From NCBI GenBank assembly GCA_017499595.2, contig CM039003.1, positions 248,001 to 312,000 of the forward strand: DNA of 64,000 nucleotides, in the 5' to 3' direction. Shown here piece after piece: positions 11,982-23,191 of the stretch (positions are counted from its first letter, which is position 1; the number at the start of each line of letters is the position of its first letter). The notes under the pieces are model-generated. The model was not told the DNA's origin. It did no database searches and worked only from the letters and a program-made list of their open reading frames with translations. The position numbers and the translations under genes were made by a program. Origin of the DNA: Psilocybe cubensis. Taxonomy: Eukaryota.

Positions 11982-13377
11982 ATGTCAGAAATCAGAAGGA
12001 AGCTTGTCATCGTTGGTGATGGTGCTTGCGGAAAGGTATGGTTGGCTTTTGACCAGCTTAGAGAACGTCAGCTTGCATGCTGATCATCGTCGCCCGTCTA
12101 GACTTGTCTGTTGATCGTGTTTTCCAAAGGCACATTCCCAGAGGTACGTACATTGTCAGCCGCCGGTCAGCCAGCCGAGGTGTGGGGCTTGCTGCTCCTT
12201 ATTGCACCGTCTTGGGGGGTGTTTAGACAGCTCCAGCGAATCCCTGGCGGCTTCGTCCGAGGTGTGGAAGGCTGATATTACTGGCGTTTAACTCTAGGTC
12301 TATGTGCCCACCGTGTTCGAGAACTACGTTGCCGATGTCGAGGTCGATGGCAAGCACGTGGAGCTTGCTCTATGGGATACGGCCGGCCAGGAAGACTACG
12401 ATCGTCTCCGCCCTCTCAGTTATCCTGATTCGCATGTCATCCTCATCTGCTTCGCCGTCGACTCCCCCGATTCGCTTGATAACGTCCAGGAGAAGGTGTG
12501 TCTTGCCTTTCTGTCATTCCCCCTGCCTACATTTTTTTGGGGATAACATCGGATACGGCAATTTGCTAATGTCGTTGTTTTGTGGTTCCCTGCTTTTTAG
12601 TGGATTTCCGAAGTTATGCATTTCTGTGCCGGCCTGCCTATCATTCTTGTCGGCTGCAAAAAGGATCTCAGACGTGACCCCCGTGTGATTGAGGAGCTTA
12701 GGAAGACGAGCCAGCGACCCGTAACCCCCGAAGAGGTGCGTTTTTCTTGTTTTTTCTTTTTCCTACATCACATTTCTTGTTTTCGTACGACTTGGTGTGA
12801 TGAGGGGCGAGATGTGTACACGCCCCGACCCCTTATCTGAGCGCCATTTTTTGTGACATTTTTGCGCTTCGTTCGAATCTGAATAACGGCATTCTTTTTT
12901 TGATGTCCTGTTTATCACCCTTGCCTCGTTCCCGCTTCTCTTATCCACATTGTGATCCCCGTCGCCACCGACATTGACGCCGTTTTTCAATCCAAATTTT
13001 ATTATTTTTCCATGCATCATGTTTTATTTATTCCAACTTGGTACTAACCATCGTCATCTTGTCATGCTTCTCTTATCCACATTGTGATCCCCCTTGCCAC
13101 CGACATTGACGCCGTTTTTCAATATAAATCTCATTATTTTTTTTATGCATCATTCTTTTATACTCCTTTTTTATTTATTCGAACTTGGTACTAACCCATC
13201 GTTATCTTGTAATGTTTCTAGGGTATGGCAGTCGCCCAGAAGATCGGGGCAAAGCACTACCTCGAGTGCTCCGCCAAGTCGGGTGAAGGCGTCCGCGAAG
13301 TCTTCCAGTACGCCACCCGCGCCGCACTGCTCAGCAGAGGAAAGGGCAAGAAGAGCCACCATTGCATCGTGTTGTAG
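11982..13377 (+). CDS. rho1: Rho1 small GTPase, intact, 5 exons, 194 aa
   Basis: Exons 11982-12035 ([18 protein letters not shown]), 12102-12143 ([14 protein letters not shown]), 12298-12495 ([10 protein letters not shown]...[19 protein letters not shown]...QEK), 12601-12735 (WISEV...VGCKKDLR...PEE), 13222-13377 ([19 protein letters not shown]...[10 protein letters not shown]). Four GT-AG phase-0 introns; G1-G5 motifs and CAAX box present. Confidence 0.97.
12782..12882 (+). ncRNA. Structured element in Rho1 intron 4; candidate box C/D snoRNA or K-turn hairpin
   Basis: GTGATGA (12797-12803), CTGA (12837-12840), GTGACA, CTGA (12879-12882). Stems ggtgt/gcgcc, gatgagggg/ccccttatc and ttcgtacga/tcgttcgaa. 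The host intron is unusually long (486 nt). Confidence 0.4.
12935..13221 (+). repeat. ~130-bp tandem duplication of the 3' part of Rho1 intron 4, including the TACTAAC branch site
   Basis: cttctcttatccacattgtgatcccc...ggtactaacc occurs twice in copies 2-5, once in copy 1, and partly duplicated in copies 6-7. Confidence 0.9.
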
Positions 13378-16300
13378 ATGGCCTAGCTTTTGTTTTATCC
13401 CTTATCCCTCTACCATTTTCTTTCTATTTTCTTTCTTCTTTCTTCCTTTTTTGCTTTTTTCTTCCTTGACGACTCTCTTTCACTCTTCTTTCCGAGATCC
13501 TTGGATGCTTGAATTGGGGTGGGTGAATGTGCAGGGAGGAAAATGGGAGGTGGAGCGAGGGAGGGGTGGGGTGAGGTCAGGTAGGGAGGAACTTCAACAA
13601 GGATAGGGAGGGTCTTGAATATCATTTATACTCGCACCTCGCACCTTCTCTTTCACCTTGTTCCGGTTGGTTGTGGATAATGAACATGTGTTAATGCCGG
13701 TGGAATGCTCTTCGGTTTCTTTTTTTTTTTTTTCTTACCTAGTCTTTTTCACTTGATACCGCTTCTTTCTTGATTTTGATTGATGATCCACTTTTGACTC
13801 TTCTTCTCAAATATACTGCTGCTGCTGCACCTCCTGACTGCGACGAGTTGGCTATCTGTTTGTCTCTCCTTGAGCTTCTGTTGCTTTGGCTAAGCCCCTA
13901 TGGATTCCGAGCGTGTATTGCAATTTGAACAATGTTTCTTTGGTTTATATACGTTGTGCTGCCAGATATACATGGCTCGCTGTTGTGATGTATTTTACGA
14001 GAAGATACTAGCTTTATATGGCATTAGATACCTTATTGAGACAACCCTGAGCAAATGAGATAGAAGTTTTTTGAATTTTCGAGTCGTGTTCTGGTATCGT
14101 ACAAGCAGAGGTTAGCCCCGCCCGAAGGCCAGCAGGGTCCGCCTCTGCTCTATCTACCTATCTAGTACGTACCTGTTTGAGTTTTCCACAAGTCCGAAAA
14201 TTGAACAGTCGGTTGTGGGAAGTCTACCGAGGTCTGTCGAAGAAATCTCAGCACTCGTTCGGCGTTGTCTACAACCTTGTTCTCCAAACTCATCCACTGG
14301 CTCGCCGGAATCGAATAAAAAGTGCGCGAAAGTTGAAATACATGCCGGCAGGTGAGTACTGTAATGGTTGTAAGTGCCGGTTCATCAAGTCCATGAATCA
14401 AAGTACATACCTTGTTTGCCGGACGTCCAGAAATCAAAAAAACCGCGTGAAAGTCGAAATACATGCCCGACAGTAACCACTCTCGACACCGCTCGCCGGA
14501 TGCAATAACAACTGCAAGAGGGTTAATGTGAACTTCAACAATCAACACACCTACCCATCACCAGGCAGCCAACCCTCGCTCGCCGGAACTCCAAAAATCG
14601 AAAAAAATGTGCAACGACATTCCACGGCACTGGTAAGCTGTTGTTCATTAATTTGACGCCGCTCGCCGGATGTCCAAAAATCGAAAATAGTGCGAGGCGT
14701 TAACGGGACTTCAAACGTCTGTTGAGAAAAGCTCAGTCAGTACTCGGGTCTGCAAACTATGTAACACACCTTGTTGTGCAACAACCCTCGCTCGCCGGAA
14801 CTCCAAAAATCGAATAAAAAGTGCAAAGGCGGGTACTGTGTAGATGGTAAGCTGTGGCTCAACAAACTCTAGCAAATAAAGCACAAACCTTGCTCGCCGG
14901 ACATCCAAAAATCAAAAAATAACTGCGCGGCATGTCCAAACATCGACTCCGTCTATGGAAGACAACTCAAGCCAACGACTAGATGTGACACGTACGTTGG
15001 TTTCATGGCACGGCGGCAGATGAGAGCTGTGTAAAGAGATAAGTGGTGGCCCATTAAGTGTACTAGGTAACACACCTTGCTCGCCGGACGTCGAAAAATC
15101 GAATAAAACTTGCGGCTCCATAGGTAGACACTGTCGATAGAATACAGGTTCGCGGGAACTCCAAAAATCGAATAAAAAATGCAGGAGCATAAGGACGGGA
15201 TACACGTTGGGGGTTCCCCAAAACCCACTTCACTTTATATCCTTTTCCCTAATGCTTCTAGTTTATTCAACGTCACGCAATATTTGCCCGTTGCCCCCGT
15301 TTCCAAACTAGAATGTGATGTCCAATATACCTGCAAGCTAAAATTGGCTCATGTAAATTTTCAGTTGCGGTCTCCTATCCCGGTCTTTTGATTCAACTCC
15401 GCTGCTTGTTTTCCCCAATCGCCTGTTCTTTCTCATTATCATAAATCATGCTCTCCCCGTCCTTTGTACATCAAATGCGAAATTTCAGTCTCGGTCTCCT
15501 GTTCCGGCCTTTTCAATCAAGTCCACTGCGTTCTTATTGTCATGAAGCTATGCTTCCCGTCCTTGGTGCATCAAACTCAGGTATGTATCATTTCCTATGC
15601 TTTACAATTCTTGTACCCACCACAATCCAAAAATTTTGACCCCTAGACTCAGTAGCTCGTCACTGCGCAGACTCGCGCATCGCGACCCAAGCAGCTAGTG
15701 CAAGGCAATCACCATTTAGCTGACGCGATGACCTCATGTCGTTCCAAACTACTGGACCTCAGTCAGATCGGGTATCCGACTCGCAAAATCTCTCCAGATC
15801 GTTGGTTTTCGAAGCTCAAATATTCGATTTTTAGGCTGCATTAACGTATTCAGGGTCGCATTCAGGAACACCTGAGCTGAGTAATGAGATTTCAGTAACC
15901 GACGACTCACTCAACGCCCACGAAATCCCAAGACAGCAATACGCTTCACATTCGCTTCCACGGGGTAGATTTTGTCACAGTCCCCTATTTTCTTTGACGA
16001 CCTATTAATTAATACATTAAATATGTTCACAAAACGCAGACAAGGTTCACACGTAGAGTCAAAGGGTGACAGAACCAACAGGCGGAGCTCAAATTAGGCG
16101 CCCGTGAGTCCGCACTTGCTTCTACCACGACGTCACCTATCCATATCACTCCCACATCCAGTCTGACGTACCGATAACCCCACACAATACCCCCAAAAAC
16201 GTCGTTCTCGCCCTCTGACTCTCAGGACAACGTTGCCACGTGGCGACTTGAACCAACATTCCCGTCTTCCGATTCATCGACGCAGGCCAGATTCGCGTAC

Positions 16301-19300
16301 AAGGCACTCGGAAATATCATTCGAATAGGCTGTAAGCTCGAGTTAGGCATGTTTGAAATGAGGTAATGAGAAATTCGACTCACCCCTCGAGCTAAAAATC
16401 GAGATTTACTCGCACCGATCTCTAGATACTTCTACGCAATGTAATTACTCCAACACAGTACAACACCCCAAAACAAACTAGCATATCTTTCCAACGTACG
16501 CGCAAGAGATAGGTGTGACGAGTCTGCGATTGAATTTTTGTATCTGCGCTGTGTCGGTGAGTTCTCCACAAAGAGCTGTTTTGTACACCCAAATGCGCCG
16601 CTGAATGAGGTCAAGATGTCAATCCTAGACCTCTGAATCATCCTCAGTCGACTATTAGAAGCTCCCGAAACATGGCTATGAGCGACATTGAAATCATTCG
16701 GGCACATACGGCACCTCCTTCTCCTCGCACCCCGATACGCCATCCACCTTCCACAATAACGCTGTTTCCAGCCCAACCTTGTTAATTAACCGTTCACGTA
16801 AGCTTCTAGTACCTTTCGTAACGATATTCAGCGGCGAACTGACCTTTGAATTGCGTTTGCAGCGGCCACGTAGACGTTGTCCCCGGGAAGCGCCTGGTAA
16901 GATCTTGCAATTCTACGCGTTTTCGAGAGGTTTTTGAGGCTAATACTGACTGGAACTGTGTTCTGAATAGGGGTTGGACGGTTTGCGATGCGAAGAGCAA
17001 CACAAAACGTTGGGAATGAACAAATACATCACGTTTGGTTCAATGTACACCAAACAGCGAATTTCGTTGTTTTCTTTGAACTACACATTTCAAACTGCTC
17101 ACAGATAGACATCCCAGCACTGCATAGCATCTCTCAATGTCCCTGCAAGCTCCCGCGATCACAGGGTAAGCAATCCAATTCAACGGAGATTGTTCTCCTC
17201 GCACCTTCCCTCGACGCGAAATTGCATGTACGTCGTTTTTCCGGCTTCCATTGGCCCCCTGTGAGTCATCTCGTAACGGTTATGTACGTGAATAATAGGC
17301 TGAAACGGTTGGAATTTTTGTGGAAGACGGAAATGCGGAGTGAATGAAAATATTGCGAATACGAGTGTTGGCGCATCCGGACCATGTCTGCGATGCGCGG
17401 TAGTTGTATAGCTACCTAGAGTGATATATCTATCTTATCTATCGTGTCTTATTCTGTTTTCATAATGTCTGGCTCGTCGAGTGCAATAAAATGAATACCT
17501 ACAAACACATCACGCCAAATCTAACAAACACAGCGATTCGCAACTCTCTCCAAATTCCCGTCGATTTAAAGTAATATACACACCTGGATATATTGTATAC
17601 TCTAACCCTGCACTACAGAAATCAATCAGCAAAAGTACAAACCATTGAATACCAATCGAACAACCAAATCCACAACATGACATGACACACCCTCGCCTCC
17701 CGCCCAAATTCACAATTACACACCCGTTCAAAACGCTAGAAACACCTGGCTAGTCTATTCGGCTCTCGGCTCGGGTCTGGTCCGATCAAGGGTCCTGTCA
17801 GGTATATTGAGAAGGCCTTCGTAGTTTACTGTACGTTGGTATGTGTGCTCCTTCAGTAGATATTGCGAATGGCGTTGTAATTGATGTACGTACGTTTAAT
17901 TGAGAGTAGGTGGAGATATTGGTATACCATTACATGCCTGCTTGACTTTGGAAAAGTGTGAGTTGAGACGGGGATGGTTGAAAAAGAAAATGTGAACACT
18001 CGAGGACTCCTGCAGAACGCGAATGCGTGAAAACAAGCAAAAAACACATTTCATTCACCATAACCATGTTACTACAAACATTAGAATAGTAAGTACCCCT
18101 AAGAATACACTACACCCAACTGTCCAAAGACCCTCGAACTCGATTTTCAAAAATGTATCACTCACCTCACCCGACCTTCCTCTCCTCCCGATCTTCCGCA
18201 CTAACGGGCTGAAAAACACCTCTGGATTGTTACCACTCGCCCCTGAAGCATCCGAAGTCGCCGAAGCCGTAATAATAATACCAAATTTCACAGAAAAAAT
18301 TGGCAACTTACGTTTTGTAATTTTGTTGAACGTTGCATGTGGACGTAGTTCTCCTTCAGTAGATATTGCGAATGCCGTTGTAGTTGTTGTACGTACGTTG
18401 AAATGAGAGAGAGTGGAGATATTGGCATACTGGTACATCCAGTGGTTGACTTTTGAGAGATGTGAGTTGAGATGATGGGTATTTGGAAATGTTACAGAGA
18501 GATATCTTCACCCGAACGTGAATGCTTGAAAAACACATAAAACACATTTCATTGGCAATCCTACTACTCACATTGTGCAGATGGTACATCTATAGGTATC
18601 CTACGACCCACCCAGCAATACTCGAACTCGATTTTCGAAATGTATGGCTCACCTCACATCACCCTCTCCCAACCTCCTTCTCCTCCCGATCTTCCGCACT
18701 AACGGGCTGAAAAAAACGTCTGGATTCCTACCACTCGTCCCTGAAGCTCCGAGGTCACCGCAGCCGTAATCCCAATACCAAAATATATCGCCAACTTACG
18801 TTCATTCCTTTCGTTTTGCTCGTTCGCCGGGCTTGATCCTCGTCGATTCACGCACAATTGTGCAATTGTACAACCCTAGAAGGATTGCGTGCGTTATCTG
18901 CTATGCATATGGAGCGACTCCTGAGCTTACCTGGCTGGTTACAGACTTTCAGACACCCAGACAACTCGTCGAAGACCCAATGATCCTCTTGACCCCGATA
19001 CGACCCTCCGCTTCCATTTCAAAAACAACGCAATTTCCGCTGCATTCGACGTATCCAGGGTGTTGTAAGCTAGTGTATATTGCCAACGTAATGCACTAGA
19101 GAGGTTCCGAAATTTTGTTTTCGAGGTTAGTTGCATTCGGAATTGAGAGATTGGAGATGGGTACGTACGCATTGTGCAGCAAAGAATGCAATCCGGAGCT
19201 TTCTACGTGTGTTCCAGTGTTGTTTTGGGAGACTCCTATTCACATTGAGGTGTGCTTCGATCGAAGGTCGAATGCTCGATAACTGAAAACACGATGAAAA

Positions 19301-19577
19301 GAGAGGGCGAATGCAAACATCTTGTGCACATTCAAGCCCGATTCGTGTCTCGCCGATTAGACCCAATAGCGGAGATCCCGACGCCTAGAACAAACGACAG
19401 CCTCGAAAGAATATATTGAACGAATCACGTACCCAGATTCAAAAGTAAAAAGCGAGATTTGAAGGGAATCGCAACCTATTCCGGATGTCGTCACAGGGAG
19501 GAAAACACGAAAATAACACACCCGGGCTAGCGCGACGGGTTCCGTGTGGATGTACGTACACGGGCGTGTCGCGCTAG

Positions 19578-21541
19578 TATAAAGGCAGGCGTGTGGTGGT
19601 GTGTTTTTCCTCATCCCCTCTTGGGGTTCTCGGCCTCGTCTCCTCCTCCTCTCCTCAAGGTAAGCGCGATTCTCCTTGAGCGCGTCGGTTGACTGTTGAA
19701 CATTGAACTCGCAGGTTTTGGTGCTGGGCCGCGTCGGGACGAATCCTGCTTGCTGGTGAGTGTTGCCACTGGCTTGTGTGCACTGCTGATGCTCTTGTTG
19801 CAGATAGTGTGCTCGTTGTGGCGGGTGTTGGTGTCTCCGTAAGTCGGGTTTTCTTTACCTCGACGCGTCGTAGAGTCTCTGTTGATGTATAATGACACAG
19901 CGGACAACACGTCATGCGGCGGAGGTGCTGGACTGTGGGGGTCGCATTGGGGTGTGCTGTAGGCAGGTAAGTCACTGTTGGTCACTGTGGGGAATGTGCT
20001 GACCGTGTCTTTTAGCAGCTCACCATTATTGCGGCCGTTGTAAGTGGTAAGTATATCCTCCTATCTCTTGGATGGCGCGGCTGATGTTGTGTTGTTGCAG
20101 ACTGGTAGGTGTTTTCACCCACTTGAAGACAGTGTTGATGGACGTGGCAGGTGGCGTGGACGCGAGTCGGGGAGGGCTTTCAGGTGAGTGTTCCCACAGA
20201 CTTGTGGTCATTCCTAATGCTTTGACAGCGTGCTCGTTGTTGCGGGTGCTGCCGTCTAGGTCAGTCGGCTTTCCTTTACCTCGTCGCGTCTGTTGACGTG
20301 GGATGAGACAGCGGACCTTGGAGATGCTGAACGCGTCATTCGGCGGAGGGGGACTGTCAGGGTCGCATCGGGATGTGCTGCAGGCAGGCAAGCAAGTCAA
20401 TGTTGGTGAGTGTGGGGAATGTGCTGACCGTGTATTTGAGCAGCTCACTGTTGCCGCCTTGTAGACTTGTCGGACGAGCTAGATGGCGGGGAGCGAGGTA
20501 GGTGTCTCCACCTTTTTGAAGGACAATGCTGATATTCGACGTGTCTAGTGGTGTAGACGCGAGTCGGGGCCTGCTCGAGGGTGAGTGTTTCCCCTGGCTT
20601 GTGTGCATTGCTAATGCTTTGACAGTTTTCTCGTCGTTGCGGGTGCTGGTGTCTAGGTGAGTCGGCTTTAATTTACACCGTCGCGTCGTAGAGCCTGTTG
20701 ACGTAGGATGAGACAGTGATAGTCGACGCGTCATTTGGCGGAGGTGCTGGACTGTGGGGTCGCATCGGGATGTTCTCCAGGCAGGCAAGTCAGTGTTGGT
20801 GACTGTGAGGAACATGCTGACCGTGTATTTGAGCAGCTCCGTGAACTTGGCATTGGGAACTTTTAACTGGTAAGCGTGCGCTTGATATTGAAGGTCAATG
20901 CTGATGTCGTGTTTTCTCTGATATTGTAGGGGTAAGCTGGCCGACGAGGAGTCCCCGGTGACCTGCTGTCGCTGTTATCGCAGCTAGCGACCTCGTTGCT
21001 ATACAGGTGAGTCGGGATTTCTTTGTGTAACAATGTACTCACCTTGACGCGTTGTAGATGAGAAAGCGGAACACGACAGTCGACAATATCAGGCAAGTCG
21101 GCCTTTTCTCTCCACGGGAGTCTGCTCACTGTACTTCCCAGGACACCTGTCCGTCATTTTTGGCGTGTGCTGGACGCGTATTTGGCCTGCCGAAGGAGCT
21201 CCCGATTGACGAGCTTGTTGGAGTGTGACCTGGTAAGTGACGGACATGTCTGCTGGCAAGAAAGAGACACAGACTCACCAAGGTGTCGGTGGCGCGGCGG
21301 CGGCGGTATGGATCAGGGAGGGACGTGTGGAATGAGGTGAAGAACGCGGCTCCAAACTGTCGACGGCGAGGATGCGTCCCGCTGGCGGTGGTGATGGATG
21401 TTGGAGGGACGCGTCAGGCCAACTGCTTGCTGTCGCGGAAAGGCATGGCTGGCGTGATGGACATTGCTGCACCAGTCGGGATGGTTGTAAAAGTCGGGCA
21501 TGATTGTGGAGCAGACCGGCGCGGGCAGCCGCGCTGGGGTT
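19578..21541 (+). ncRNA. Putative intron-dense, apparently non-coding transcription unit built of ~400-430 bp tandem modules
   Basis: Consecutive predicted introns 19660-19714, 19756-19803, 19839-19900, 19967-20015, 20047-20100, 20105-20150, 20184-20228, 20260-20311 and more, with GTRAGT-like donors, CTRAY/TTGAY branch sites and YAG acceptors. Module landmarks recur near 19756, 20184, 20581. Confidence 0.55.
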
Positions 21542-21797
21542 CATCTCTCTTTACGCGACAGCGGCAAGGCAGCGGAGAGGCGGTGTGATGCGCCAAGGCG
21601 GTGCGCCTGTTTACACGCACAGGGCAGAGGCCGTTCGTAATCCTGGCATTCAAGTTCCGCTTTAAAACGGTGGTATCATACATTCGTTGACGGGGCCGCT
21701 TTGCTCACAACCATCCCCCCTGCTCGTCGCCAGCCCCGCTCCCCAGCATCTAATACATCTATTCACGCACGTCGCCGCACAACCGCCCCCGAGAACC

Positions 21798-23191
21798 ATG
21801 TCGGAAATCAAAGGAACCTTGTCATCGTTGGTGATGGTGCTTGCGGAAAGGTATGATCGGCTTTTGACCAGCTCAGAGAACGTCAGCTTGCATGCTGATC
21901 ATCGTCACCCGTCTAGACTTGCCTTTTGATTGTGTTATCCAAAGTCATATTCCCAGAGGTACGTGCATCGTTAGCCGCCGTTCAGCCAGCCGAGGTGTGC
22001 GGCTTGCTGCTCCTCATTGCACCGTCTTGTGGGGTGTTTAGGCAGCTCCAGCGAATCCCTGGCGGCTTCGTCCGAGGTGTGGAAGGCTGATATTGGCGTT
22101 CAACTCTAGGTCTATGTGCCCACCGTGTTCGAGAACTACGTTGCCGATGTCGAGGTCGATGGCAAGCACGTGGAGCTTGCTCTATGGGATACGGCCGGCC
22201 AGGAAGACTACGATCGTCTACGCCCTCTCAGTTATCCTGATTCGCATGTCATCCTCATCTGCTTCGCTGTCGACTCCCCCGATTCGCTTGATAACGTCCA
22301 GGAGAAGGTGTGTCTTGCCTTTCTGTCATTCCCCCTGCCTACATTTTTTTGGGGATAACATCGGATACGGCAATTTGCTAATGTCGTTGTTTTGTGGTTC
22401 CCTGCTTTTTAGTGGATTTCCGAAGTTATGCATTTCTGTGCCGGCCTGCCTATCATTCTTGTCGGCTGCAAAAAGGATCTCAGACGTGACCCCCGTGTGA
22501 TTGAGGAGCTTAGGAAGACGAGCCAGCGACCCGTAACCCCCGAAGAGGTGCGTTTTTCTTGTTTTTTCTTTTTCCTACATCACATTTCTTGTTTTCGTAC
22601 GACTTTGGTGTGATGAGGGGCGAGGTGTGTACACGCCCCGACCCCTTATCTGAGCGCCATTTTTGTGACATTTTTACGCTTCGTTCGAATCTGAACAACG
22701 TCATTCTTTTTTTGATGTCCTGTTTATCACCATTGCCTCGTTCCCGCTTTTCTTATCCACATTGTGATCCCCGTCGCCACCGACATTGACGCCGTTTTTC
22801 AATCCAAATTTTATTATTTTTCCATGCATCATGTTTTATTTATTCCAACTTGGTACTAACCATCGTCATCTTGTCATGCTTCTCTTATCCACATTGTGAT
22901 CCCCCTTGCCACCGACATTGACGCTGTTTTTCAATATAAATCTCATTATTATTATTTTATGCATCATTCTTTTATACTCCTCTTTTATTTATTCCAATCT
23001 GGTACTAACCCATCGTTATCTTGTAATGTTTCTAGGGTATGGCAGTCGCCCAGAAGATTGGGGCAAAGCACTACCTCGAGTGCTCCGCCAAGTCGGGTGA
23101 GGGCGTCCGCGAAGTCTTCCAGTACGCCACCCGCGCCGCACTGCTCAGCAGAGGAAAGGGCAAGAAGAGCCACCATTGCATCGTGTTGTAG
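21798..23191 (+). pseudogene. rho1: Rho1 copy 3, chimeric: degenerate exons 1-2, intact exons 3-5
   Basis: Same 1-nt deletion at codon 5. Exon 2 reads TCLLIVLSKVIFPE. Exons 3-5 encode the same peptide as the intact copy. Confidence 0.92.
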
